The notes below the pieces were generated by a model. It was not told the origin of the DNA. It did not search any database and saw nothing but the letters and a program-made list of their open reading frames with translations. This document shows, piece after piece, positions 1 to 9,025 of a DNA stretch of 64,000 nucleotides. Numbering within the stretch: the first letter of the stretch is position 1; the number at the start of each line of letters is the position of its first letter. The stretch lies in sequence record DRR378314_391; one strand, 5' to 3'. The translations under genes and the position numbers were made by a program.

Positions 1-303
1 AATCGTCGCAATCGGATCGTTACGTTTGATTGTTTGGCCATTACGCACATTACAAGATCTAATAGTCCCCGTTTGACTCGGCACTATTCTTGCCTCTCCG
101 GAAGTGTACCGAAGCGAACCACGCACGGTATCAGTAGTATTGAGACTTACGGTGAACCCTAATATAAATAAAACTAACACAAATGTAGCAATAATGAGTG
201 TGAGAAGAGTCCAACTCCTTGGTGCCTTCAAATCCAGTGTACCAATTTCATCGGTATGCTTTAATCTAGCCTCTAATACTTGCTTCCTGAACAGATCACT
301 CAT
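1..303 (-). CDS. HlyD-family membrane fusion protein (CvaA-like type I secretion adaptor); 3' part outside the window
   Basis: Not in the ORF track. Manual translation from ATG 303 is open to position 1: MSDLFRKQVLEARLKHTDEIGTLDLKAPRSWTLLTLIIATFVLVLFILGFTVSLNTTDTVRGSLRYTSGEARIVPSQTGTIRSCNVRNGQTIKRNDPIATI (LFR..L N-terminus, one TM helix, lipoyl-like half motif); AT-rich. Confidence 0.8.
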   Translation of the reverse strand, partial: MSDLFRKQVLEARLKHTDEIGTLDLKAPRSWTLLTLIIATFVLVLFILGFTVSLNTTDTVRGSLRYTSGEARIVPSQTGTIRSCNVRNGQTIKRNDPIATI

Positions 304-668
304 ACGGTTTACTCTTTGCTACATAAATGCAAATCAAGAAGCGATGCAGCGTGGATGAGATTAAAAGAAATCGCACTCCCATAGGAAACAAATAGCATCC
401 AGTCGCTCTGAAGATGGGTCAAGCCACAGTTCCTAAACGTGCTCCAAGTTTTTGGCCTCCGGTAGATTGCCTGTTCCTTTCAAAGGCCACAAGTCACTGC
501 CCTGAATTTTGATTGGTCGGATCCAATCCTATAGAAATTGCCTCACCGTTTTATACACGGCATGCACCGTAGCACCCAAGAACTCCTGCCGTATCCCCGC
601 GCTGCTTGTCCCATGTAGATCGCTATTACGGCAATATGAGAATTCTTGGATCTGAGGCACAAACTCTC

Positions 669-2588
669 GTGACCCCCACTAAACTTCTTTTCGGCCAGTT
701 CGTCGTGACCCTGCTTATGATCATCTGCTCGGTATGGGGAGCGACGCAATGGGTTGCGGGGGTCCTCGATCATCAGCCGCGTTTGGGGGCGCCCTGGTTC
801 GAAGTATATCGGCAGCCTGTCTACAAGCCGTGGCGTCTGTTCCAGTGGTGGTATGCCTATGACGCCTATGCGCCGGATGTGTTCGCGCGGGCAGGCCTGA
901 TTGCCTCTCTTGGCGGGATTGCCGGAATTGGGATGGCGATCCTTGCATCCCTGTGGCGCGCGCGCCGTGAGAAACATGCAACCACCTACGGATCTGCGCG
1001 GTGGGCCTCTGCGCGGGATGTGCGCAAAGCGGGCCTGCTTGGCATGTCAGGCATTGTGCTAGGACGGTTCAGGGGACGTTATCTCCGCCATGCGGGCGCC
1101 GAGCATGTCATGGCGTTTGCGCCGACCCGGTCCGGCAAGGGTGTGGGTCTGGTGATCCCCACCCTGCTCAGCTGGACCGGCACTGCGATCATACATGACA
1201 TCAAGGGGGAGAACTGGGCGCTGACATCGAAATGGCGGTCCGGCTTTTCACGCTGCATCCGGTTTGATCCGACCGATCTGGCCAGTTCGCGGTTCAATCC
1301 CCTGCTGGAAGTGCGGCTCGGAGCGTATGAGGTGCGCGATGCGCAGAATGTGGCCGATATCCTGGTAGATCCGGAAGGCTCGCTGGAGCGCCGCAACCAT
1401 TGGGACAAGACGGCGCATTCGCTGCTCGTCGGCGCCATCCTGCACGTTCTCTATGCTGAGGACGACAAGTCGCTCGCGGGTGTTGCCACGCTGTTGTCTG
1501 ACCCGGCGCGGCCGATTGATGATACGCTGGAGCGGATGCTGGACGCGAACCATCTTGGATCACGGGACCGGCCGCTGACCCACCCCGTGGTCGCCGAGGC
1601 AGCGCGGGAGCTTTTGAACAAATCGGAGAATGAAAAGTCATCGGTCGTCTCGACGGCGATGTCGTTCCTGGGGCTTTACAGGGACCCGGTGGTGCAGAGG
1701 GCAACATCAGGCTCGGACTGGCGGATCGAGGACGTGTTCCTTGGGGAGATGCCCGCCTCCTTGTACCTGGTTGTTCCACCATCTGACCTGTCGCGCACCA
1801 AGCCCCTGATCCGATTGATCCTCAACCAGATCGCGCGGCGGCTCTGTGAAGTGCTGCCCGGCGGGCAGGATCGGCGGCAGACGCTGCTGATGCTGGACGA
1901 GTTCCCCGCGCTTGGACGCCTGGACTTCTTCGAGACATCCCTCGCCTTCATGGCAGGGTATGGCGGACGGGCCTTCCTGATCGCGCAATCCCTGAACCAG
2001 GTCGAGAAAGCTTATGGCCAGAACAATTCGATCCTCGACAATTGCCATATCCGGGTCGCCTTCGCGACCAATGACGAACGCACGGCAAAGCGGGTCTCGG
2101 ACATGCTCGGCACGATGACCGAACAACGCAACCAGAAGAATTATACCGGCCACCGGCTCGCCCCATGGCTCAGCCATGTCATGGTCTCCCAGCAGGAAAC
2201 CCAACGCCCGCTCATGACCCCCGGAGAAGTCATGCAGATGCCAGCCGATGACGCGCTGATCTTTCTCGCCAGCCATCCCCCGATCAGGGCAAAGAAGCTC
2301 CGCTATTATGAGGACCGCAATTTCACCGAGCGCGCAGGCGCGCTGGAGGTGGCGGCTGTGCGTTGCCAGGACGCAGTGCCTGCAGGCCATCACGCATCGG
2401 GGTCATCGCCTGTCCGGGCTGATGATGAAGGGCGGGCGCGCACTGTGGAGCAGGACATCGCAGATGACGAAGCGTTCGAACGCGAGAGTGAATCGCCCGA
2501 GCAAGGTGGAGGCGAAGGCAGCCGTATCCAGCAGCAGATCGCCAGATACTATGCCCGAGTCCAGAAACATGACGGGCGGGAGCTCTGA
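669..2588 (+). CDS. traG: Type IV coupling protein TraG/VirD4
   Basis: Walker A APTRSGKG, LDEFP Walker B, YGSARWA motif; likely GTG start at 669 (MTPTKLLFGQ) after GAGG. Confidence 0.95.
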   Translation: MTPTKLLFGQFVVTLLMIICSVWGATQWVAGVLDHQPRLGAPWFEVYRQPVYKPWRLFQWWYAYDAYAPDVFARAGLIASLGGIAGIGMAILASLWRARREKHATTYGSARWASARDVRKAGLLGMSGIVLGRFRGRYLRHAGAEHVMAFAPTRSGKGVGLVIPTLLSWTGTAIIHDIKGENWALTSKWRSGFSRCIRFDPTDLASSRFNPLLEVRLGAYEVRDAQNVADILVDPEGSLERRNHWDKTAHSLLVGAILHVLYAEDDKSLAGVATLLSDPARPIDDTLERMLDANHLGSRDRPLTHPVVAEAARELLNKSENEKSSVVSTAMSFLGLYRDPVVQRATSGSDWRIEDVFLGEMPASLYLVVPPSDLSRTKPLIRLILNQIARRLCEVLPGGQDRRQTLLMLDEFPALGRLDFFETSLAFMAGYGGRAFLIAQSLNQVEKAYGQNNSILDNCHIRVAFATNDERTAKRVSDMLGTMTEQRNQKNYTGHRLAPWLSHVMVSQQETQRPLMTPGEVMQMPADDALIFLASHPPIRAKKLRYYEDRNFTERAGALEVAAVRCQDAVPAGHHASGSSPVRADDEGRARTVEQDIADDEAFERESESPEQGGGEGSRIQQQIARYYARVQKHDGREL

Positions 2589-2590
2589 CC

Positions 2591-2968
2591 ATGTCCAGCA
2601 ATCCCCGTCTGCATGTCCGGATCTCCGACACCAATCTGCGCAAGCTGCGACGGATCTCCGGCGATCATGGCATCCATATGGGCGCGATGGTCAATGAGGC
2701 GCTGACCCTGTTCTTCACGCCGCCTGAAGAGCGCCCGGATGCGGCGATCCTTGGCCGGCTGAACCGTGTGGACGACCAGGTCGAACGGCTGGAGATGGGC
2801 GTGGCGTTCCAGACGGATCTGCTGATCGAGTTCATCTTCGAATGGCTCCGCCAACGACCGGGGCCGAGCCCGTTCGAGACAGAGGCGGATGCCAGCCGGG
2901 CCAGGCAGGAGCTGGAAGTCCTGACCGCGCGGGTCGCCGATCGGTCGAATTCGCATATCTGGTCGTGA
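2591..2968 (+). CDS. CopG/ribbon-helix-helix family protein
   Basis: N-terminal RLHVRIS strand then helices; usual position after traG in Trb ICEs. Confidence 0.75.
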   Translation: MSSNPRLHVRISDTNLRKLRRISGDHGIHMGAMVNEALTLFFTPPEERPDAAILGRLNRVDDQVERLEMGVAFQTDLLIEFIFEWLRQRPGPSPFETEADASRARQELEVLTARVADRSNSHIWS

Positions 2969-3039
2969 AACCCAGGATCGAAAATCGGTCTTAAGCGACG
3001 CGCCGAAGATTCCCCTGATGTCACCATTGGAGGGGAAGC

Positions 3040-3267
3040 ATGAGAAAACGTCTCTGGCAGGTCGATCAAATTCTCGTCGACCTTGAGGATCGGGATGCAA
3101 CCGTGTCGATTGTGCACCTGGCCTCACTCAGCGAAGTCATTGTGAAGTTCCGGCTCAGTCCGAAACAGATGGAGAATGGAGCGCTGCCCTTACGCAAGCG
3201 AATAGAATGCCTTGCGGCTGACATCATTCTCGATCTGGGATCCTTTCTGGACTCCCTTCCCGACTAG
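3040..3267 (+). CDS. Hypothetical protein, 75 aa
   Basis: Strong SD (GGAGGGGA) before ATG; no recognisable family. Confidence 0.55.
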   Translation: MRKRLWQVDQILVDLEDRDATVSIVHLASLSEVIVKFRLSPKQMENGALPLRKRIECLAADIILDLGSFLDSLPD

Positions 3268-3269
3268 CC

Positions 3270-3389
3270 TCAGCCTATGATCGCGAGCGCAAACAGCCCC
3301 GCACAGACCAGGCAGATGATCACCCAGAGCCAGATCGGAGGCGGTGAAGGCACATAATCGCCGCTTTTGTCACTGTCCCATCCGCCCAT
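3270..3389 (-). CDS. Small single-TM membrane protein, 39 aa
   Basis: GGAGG 7 nt before ATG 3389; MGGWDSDKSGDYVPSPPPIWLWVIICLVCAGLFALAIIG. Confidence 0.5.
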   Translation of the reverse strand: MGGWDSDKSGDYVPSPPPIWLWVIICLVCAGLFALAIIG

Positions 3390-3489
3390 ATCCCTGCCTC
3401 CATCGCGGCCGTCATGTTGGCACGCTCCCAGGGGGAATTCAAAGCCCGAAATGGACACCGCCCCACTGTCCATGTGCCAGACAACGGGC

Positions 3490-3523
3490 TTGCCGAAGGA
3501 AACAACGCGTCTAGTCTGGCATC
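3490..3523 (+). promoter_or_regulatory. Sigma70-type promoter, probably leaderless, for the nuclease gene
   Basis: TTGCCG-N16-TAGTCT-N6-ATG; no SD near the ATG. Confidence 0.5.
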
Positions 3524-4024
3524 ATGACGAATCGATCTGGCGTTTTGATCTCGGTCTTTCTGGCGGCCCTCCTGGCAGCCTGTTCCGCGCAGAGCGAGAC
3601 TGACAGACCTCATACCGGTACCCACACGATTGCCGGTGTCGCGTCTGTCGTGGATGGCGACACGATTGAAATACATGGCCAGCGCATTCGCCTGTCTGGC
3701 TATGACACACCGGAACGCGGCGCGCGTTGCGGATCGGTGAATGTCTACCAGAAGGCTGCTCTTGCGCTGTCGGATTTCATGGGGAAGCGGACCGTCACCT
3801 GCACTGTGACGGATACGGACCGCTGGAATCGTCTGGTTGCGACCTGCTCGGTGGGCGGCACCGATCTCGGTGATCACATGGTACAGGAAGGCTGGGGCCG
3901 GGACTGGCCGCAATACAGCCAGGGCCGCTACGCCAAGGAAGAGGCCGATGCCCGCGCGGCCAGGGCCGGGATATGGAGCCTGGAGTGTCCGGACGATTTG
4001 TGGGGCGAACGGACCTATGACTGA
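3524..4024 (+). CDS. Thermonuclease (SNase-fold) lipoprotein
   Basis: Lipobox LLAAC; VVDGDT, IRLSGYDTPE, AR..RAGIW motifs. Confidence 0.9.
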   Translation: MTNRSGVLISVFLAALLAACSAQSETDRPHTGTHTIAGVASVVDGDTIEIHGQRIRLSGYDTPERGARCGSVNVYQKAALALSDFMGKRTVTCTVTDTDRWNRLVATCSVGGTDLGDHMVQEGWGRDWPQYSQGRYAKEEADARAARAGIWSLECPDDLWGERTYD

Positions 4025-4282
4025 TCGCTCACCTCGTCTTCTGACAGGGCTCGACTGATCTGGTCCGAAGTGGGGAGGCCCACCCCCCCGCATCCTCCCG
4101 GCGAGGGGGCGGAGGGCAGGAACAATTCTCGTATTGCTCCCCTTGGGGGCCGATGCCCCCTGATACTCCCGCACCTTTCCCCTCTGTCCCTGGAGTGCCC
4201 TGACTGTCCCCGGGCCCCAACTATGCAGAGGTCCTGCGCAAGGCGATTCTGGTCTCATCACGGATGAGGACCTCCCCCTGCC

Positions 4283-5263
4283 ATGTCAGCCCTGCCCCAG
4301 CCCAGCCAAACCGAGACACGGCTCACTGCGATGTTGCGCTCTGCGTTCAAGGGCCCGGTGGGAGCTGCGCTCGTCGCAGATGACACGATCGAGATCCTCG
4401 CCAATCCCGACGGTTCGGTCTGGATCGAGGCAGCAGGCTCGGGTCTTCGGCGGGCGGCCGAAAGTTTGGGACACGCCGACCGTGAAAGGATCATCCGGCT
4501 GGTGGCCTCCTCTGTCGGGGAGATCTGCGACCAGGTCTCCCCGATTGTCTCGGCCGAATTGCCCGGATCCGGCGAGCGGTTCGAGGGCATCCTGCCCCCT
4601 GTATCCAAGGGGCCCTGCTTTGCAATTCGCAAGCTGGCCCACCAGCCGATCGGTCTCGACACCTATGTCGAAACGGGCGGGCTGACCCCGGCCCTCTGTA
4701 TGGCCCTGCGCGCGGCGCTGGCGGACCGGCTCAATATTGTCGTTGCGGGCGGGACCTCAAGTGGCAAGACAACCTTTGCCAATGCACTCCTGTCGGAAGC
4801 CTCTCTCGCAGACGACCGGATCGTCATCCTGGAAGACACGCGCGAACTGCGCTGTTCAGCCGAGGATGTAACCCAGTTGCGTACCCACCGGTCAGGGATC
4901 ACCTTGCGCGACCTGGTTCGCTCGACCCTGCGTCTCAGACCAGACCGGATCATTGTCGGTGAGGTCCGCGGCGGCGAGGCGCTCGATCTCCTCAAGGCCT
5001 GGAATACCGGCCATCCGGGCGGGATCACCACGCTGCATGCGAACTCTGCCGCTGGCGCGCTCACCCGGCTTGAACAGCTGGTTGAGGAAGCAACACCCGC
5101 CCTTCCCCATGCCCTGATCGCCGAGGCGGTCGACGTGATCATGTTCCTGTCGCGTGCCAGCGGGGCACGGCGGGTCGAACAGGCCCTCCGCCTGACCGGC
5201 CTGGAAGGCATCGAATACCAGACCGAGCTGCTCGCCGCCCCCTTTCTCAACATCGTCAATTAA
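4283..5263 (+). CDS. trbB: Conjugative transfer ATPase TrbB (VirB11)
   Basis: GGTSSGKTT, LRLRPDRIIVGEVRG, NTGHPGG. Confidence 0.95.
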   Translation: MSALPQPSQTETRLTAMLRSAFKGPVGAALVADDTIEILANPDGSVWIEAAGSGLRRAAESLGHADRERIIRLVASSVGEICDQVSPIVSAELPGSGERFEGILPPVSKGPCFAIRKLAHQPIGLDTYVETGGLTPALCMALRAALADRLNIVVAGGTSSGKTTFANALLSEASLADDRIVILEDTRELRCSAEDVTQLRTHRSGITLRDLVRSTLRLRPDRIIVGEVRGGEALDLLKAWNTGHPGGITTLHANSAAGALTRLEQLVEEATPALPHALIAEAVDVIMFLSRASGARRVEQALRLTGLEGIEYQTELLAAPFLNIVN

Positions 5264-5275
5264 GGAGACTGACCG

Positions 5276-5608
5276 ATGTTCTACGACCAGATCAAGGCCC
5301 TCAACCGATCGCTTCAGGCGGGCTTTTTGCTCGTATCATTCAGTCTACTGTCTCTTCCCGCCAATGCCGCCGGCACAGGCATGCCCTGGGAGGACCCGCT
5401 CGACCAGATCCTGCAATCTATCGAGGGGCCGGTCGCCCGGATCGTTGCCGTGATCATTATCACGCTGACCGGCCTGACGCTCGCTTTCGGGGAAACATCC
5501 GGCGGGTTCCGCAAGCTGATCCAGATCGTATTCGGCCTGTCGATCGCCTTTGCGGCCACGTCCTTCTTCCTGACCTTCTTCAGCTTCGGCGGCGGCGCGG
5601 TGCTCTGA
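5276..5608 (+). CDS. trbC: Pilin TrbC (VirB2)
   Basis: GMPWEDPL..IL.SIEGPVA motif, two TM segments. Confidence 0.93.
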   Translation: MFYDQIKALNRSLQAGFLLVSFSLLSLPANAAGTGMPWEDPLDQILQSIEGPVARIVAVIIITLTGLTLAFGETSGGFRKLIQIVFGLSIAFAATSFFLTFFSFGGGAVL

Positions 5609-5862
5609 TGCTCGACGGCTACGAGATCCCCCTCCACCGCTCGCTCGCCGAACCAATCCTGATGGCAGGCGCGCCGCGTTCGGCCGCCATTGCCATCGGA
5701 ACGATCGCGGCAGCCCTGGCCCTCGGCCTCCGGCTCTGGATACCGGGTCTTCTGGTCTGGGTGGCGGGCCACTCGCTGGCCGTCCTCATGGCCCGGTCGG
5801 ATCCCGACTTCCTTGCCGTCGCGATCCGGTCTGCCCGTCACAAGGAACATCTCTCATGCTGA
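5608..5862 (+). CDS. trbD: TrbD (VirB3)
   Basis: PLHRSLAEPILMAGAPR, DPDF motif, operon position. Confidence 0.92.
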   Translation: MLDGYEIPLHRSLAEPILMAGAPRSAAIAIGTIAAALALGLRLWIPGLLVWVAGHSLAVLMARSDPDFLAVAIRSARHKEHLSC

Positions 5863-8294
5863 ACCTTTCTGAATACGCGACGAGGCAGGCCTGTCTTGCC
5901 GACTACCTCCCTTGGGCGTGCCTCGTCGCGCCGGGCGTCATCCTCAACAAGGACGGCGCCTTCCAGACAAGCTTCCGCTACCGCGGGCCTGACCTTGAAA
6001 GCTCGACGGAAGCCGAACTCGTGGCGGTGACGGCACGGGTCAACAATGTGCTCCGCCGGTTCGGGTCCGGCTGGGCGCTCTTCTTCGAAGCGGTGCGGGC
6101 GGAAGCGGTCGCGCTTGAAGAGAGCTCTTTTGACTGTGCGGCGGCCTGGCTGATTGAGCAGGAGCGGCGCGCAGCCGCCGAAGAGACCGGTACCCGGTTC
6201 GAGAGCACCTATTATTTGACCCTGCTCTGGCTCCCACCGGCCGATGCGACGGGACGGGCCGAGAAGGCACTGATCGAGCGGCCGGAGAAACGGGATGGCG
6301 AGGACTGGCGCCAGCGGCTCGAACATTTTCAGACGCGCGCAGCGCAGACGCTGGACTTGCTCTCCACCGCCCTGGATGAAATCCGTCCGCTCTCGGACGA
6401 GGACACGCTCACCTATCTGCATGCCTGCATCTCGTCGAAACGGCATGCCGTGTCGGTTCCGGAACTGCCGGTCTTTCTCGATGCGGCGCTCGCAGATGAC
6501 AGTTTCGCTGGAGGGCTGGAGCCCCGCATTGGCGAGGCGCACCTCGCGACGCTGACTTTGCTTGGCTTTCCGGCGTCGACCCTGCCCGGCATGCTGGATG
6601 AGCTCAACCGGCTCGGCTTCTCTTATCGCTGGACGACCCGCTATATCGCGATGGACAAGGCCGAAGCCGAAAAGCTCCTTGCAAAGAAGCGCCGGCACTG
6701 GTTTGCGAAGCGGAAATCCGTTGGTGCGGTGCTACGGGAGACGCTGTTCAATGAGCAGGCCGTCCTGCTCGACAATGATGCCGACAACAAGGCCGCTGAT
6801 GCCGATGCGGCGCTGCAGGAGCTTGGGTCGGATCTTGTCTCCTATGGCTATGTCACAACGACACTGACGCTGATGGGGACTTCGCGCGAAGAGGTCGAGG
6901 AGCGGACACGCGCGGTTGAGCGCGTGATCAACGGGCGCGGGTTTACGACGATCCGGGAGACGCTGAACGCGGTCGAAGCCTGGCTCGGCTCGCTGCCGGG
7001 CCATGTCTATGCCAATGTCCGCCAGCCGATCCTGCACACGCTGAACCTGGCTCACCTCGTGCCGATTTCTTCAGTCTGGGCAGGCGATGCGTGGAATGCA
7101 CATCTTGCGGAACGCGCCCTTATAGAGGCGCAGACCGAAGTCACGACGCCGTTCCGCCTCAACCTGCATGTTGGTGATGTCGGGCATACGCTGATCATTG
7201 GCCCGACGGGCTCCGGCAAGTCGGTGCTCCTGTCGCTGCTCGCAGCGCAATGGCAGCGCTATGAAGCCGCGCAGGTGTTTCTCTTCGACAAGGGCCGGTC
7301 GGCGCGTGCGGTGACGCTGGCCATGGACGGCAACTGGCTGCCGCTCGCGGGCGATGAGCGTCCGGCCCTACAGCCGCTTCGGGACATCGATACCGACCGC
7401 GGCGCGAGCTTTGCGGCCGACTGGTTGCTCGGGCTAATCGAAGCCGAAGGCGTGACCGTTACGCCGGACCTGAAGTCTGTCTTGTGGGACGCAGTACGGT
7501 CGCTCGCGTCAGCGCCTGTTGCCGAACGCACGCTGACAGGGCTCAGCCTGATCCTGCAATCCGATACGCTGAAATCAGCGCTGCATCCCTACACGTTGGA
7601 AGGGGCCTATGGGCATCTGCTCGATAGCGATGCCGAAGCGCTCGACCTCTCCTCGATTACCTGTTTCGAGATGGACGAGCTGATGCAGACGCCATCTGCG
7701 GTCGCGCCGGTCATTACCTATCTCTTCCACCGACTGGAAGACCGGTTCGACGGCCGCCCGGCCTTGCTCATTCTCGATGAAGCCTGGCTGTTCCTTGATC
7801 ATCCGGTGTTCGCCGCGCGGCTACGCGACTGGCTGAAGACGTTGCGCAAGAAGAATGTCGCCGTCGTTTTTGCGACCCAGTCGCTCGCTGACATTGAAGG
7901 GGCCTCGATTGCACCGGCCCTGATTGAATCCTGCCCGACGCGGATCTTCCTGCCAAATGAGCGGGCGCTGGAACCGACCGCCCAGGCGACCTATCGCCGG
8001 TTCGGGCTCAATGACCGCCAGATCGACATCCTCGCCAAGGCCATCCCGAAGCGGGACTATTACTATACCTCGCCGCTTGGCTGCCGGCTCTTCGAACTCG
8101 GTCTTGGCGAAGTCGCCCTTGCCTTCTGCGGCGCTGCATCGCCTGCCGACCAGAAACTCATGGATCAGTGTCTCGAAGCCGAAACTGATGCGGGCTTCGC
8201 CCGGGGCTGGCTGGAGCTGAAACAGCTTGGCTGGGCGGCGGACCTGCTTGCCGGGCAGCCCGATGCATCCACCGCCCAGATCGCCGCTGAATAG
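5856..8294 (+). CDS. trbE: TrbE ATPase (VirB4)
   Basis: DVGHTLIIGPTGSGKS, LDEAW, LRKKN..V.FATQS. Confidence 0.95.
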   Translation: MLNLSEYATRQACLADYLPWACLVAPGVILNKDGAFQTSFRYRGPDLESSTEAELVAVTARVNNVLRRFGSGWALFFEAVRAEAVALEESSFDCAAAWLIEQERRAAAEETGTRFESTYYLTLLWLPPADATGRAEKALIERPEKRDGEDWRQRLEHFQTRAAQTLDLLSTALDEIRPLSDEDTLTYLHACISSKRHAVSVPELPVFLDAALADDSFAGGLEPRIGEAHLATLTLLGFPASTLPGMLDELNRLGFSYRWTTRYIAMDKAEAEKLLAKKRRHWFAKRKSVGAVLRETLFNEQAVLLDNDADNKAADADAALQELGSDLVSYGYVTTTLTLMGTSREEVEERTRAVERVINGRGFTTIRETLNAVEAWLGSLPGHVYANVRQPILHTLNLAHLVPISSVWAGDAWNAHLAERALIEAQTEVTTPFRLNLHVGDVGHTLIIGPTGSGKSVLLSLLAAQWQRYEAAQVFLFDKGRSARAVTLAMDGNWLPLAGDERPALQPLRDIDTDRGASFAADWLLGLIEAEGVTVTPDLKSVLWDAVRSLASAPVAERTLTGLSLILQSDTLKSALHPYTLEGAYGHLLDSDAEALDLSSITCFEMDELMQTPSAVAPVITYLFHRLEDRFDGRPALLILDEAWLFLDHPVFAARLRDWLKTLRKKNVAVVFATQSLADIEGASIAPALIESCPTRIFLPNERALEPTAQATYRRFGLNDRQIDILAKAIPKRDYYYTSPLGCRLFELGLGEVALAFCGAASPADQKLMDQCLEAETDAGFARGWLELKQLGWAADLLAGQPDASTAQIAAE

Positions 8295-8305
8295 GAGCCC
8301 CTCAC

Positions 8306-9019
8306 ATGAAAGCCCTTCTCTCTTCTGTCGCCCTTGCTGCCATTCCGCTGCCCGGCCTGTTGGCACCACCTGCCTCGGCTCAGCTCTTCGGCGGCGGCAT
8401 TGTCTACGACCCAACCAATCATGCCGAGAACATCCTCCAGGCGGTGCGGGCCCTGCAGCAGATCGACAACCAGATCCGTCAGCTCACCCATGAAATCGAC
8501 ATGATCGAGAAGATGGCTCGGGATCTGGAGACACTGCCCGTCGAGGTTGCCCGTGCCATCATCGCCGACCGTATCCGCCGGATCGGCGAACTGATGGAGG
8601 AAGCAGACGGCATTGGATACGGCGTCGAGGAGGTCGAACGCGAATACGAAGACCTCTATCCCGAAACCTATGGCGAGACGCCGCCTGCCAATGCAGTCCT
8701 TGTCGAGGATGCGCGGGCGCGCTGGCAGCAATCCCGGTCGGCGCACAAGCACACGCTGCTGATGGTCGCCGAGACCGTGCGCGATAATGAACGCGACGCC
8801 GAGGCGCTGACCGGCCTTGTCGAGGAGAGCCAGACCGCTGTTGGCAATCTCCAGGTCCTGCAGGCCGGTAACCAGATCGAGGCCATGTCTGCCCAGCAGC
8901 TGATGCAGATGGAAGCCATGATGGCGGCGCATTACCGCGCCGAGGCCCTCGACCGGGCGCGCGAGCTGGAAGAAGCCGAGCGCGGCCGTGCGCGTCTCCA
9001 GAGCTTTTTCGGGAACTAG
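8306..9019 (+). CDS. trbJ: TrbJ (VirB5-like)
   Basis: Signal peptide, VYDPTN, GNLQVLQAGNQ. Confidence 0.9.
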   Translation: MKALLSSVALAAIPLPGLLAPPASAQLFGGGIVYDPTNHAENILQAVRALQQIDNQIRQLTHEIDMIEKMARDLETLPVEVARAIIADRIRRIGELMEEADGIGYGVEEVEREYEDLYPETYGETPPANAVLVEDARARWQQSRSAHKHTLLMVAETVRDNERDAEALTGLVEESQTAVGNLQVLQAGNQIEAMSAQQLMQMEAMMAAHYRAEALDRARELEEAERGRARLQSFFGN

Positions 9020-9025
9020 ACCGCC

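Noticed and set aside
104..358. 84-aa plus-strand ORF in the track
   Set aside because: Shadow of the minus-strand HlyD-like gene, which has recognisable motifs
4120..4134. GAAC-N7-GTAT as a LexA box upstream of trbB
   Set aside because: Second half-site has two mismatches; no support for SOS control
3320..4261. 313-aa minus-strand ORF
   Set aside because: Antisense to the nuclease gene; Arg/Pro/Gly-rich with no motifs
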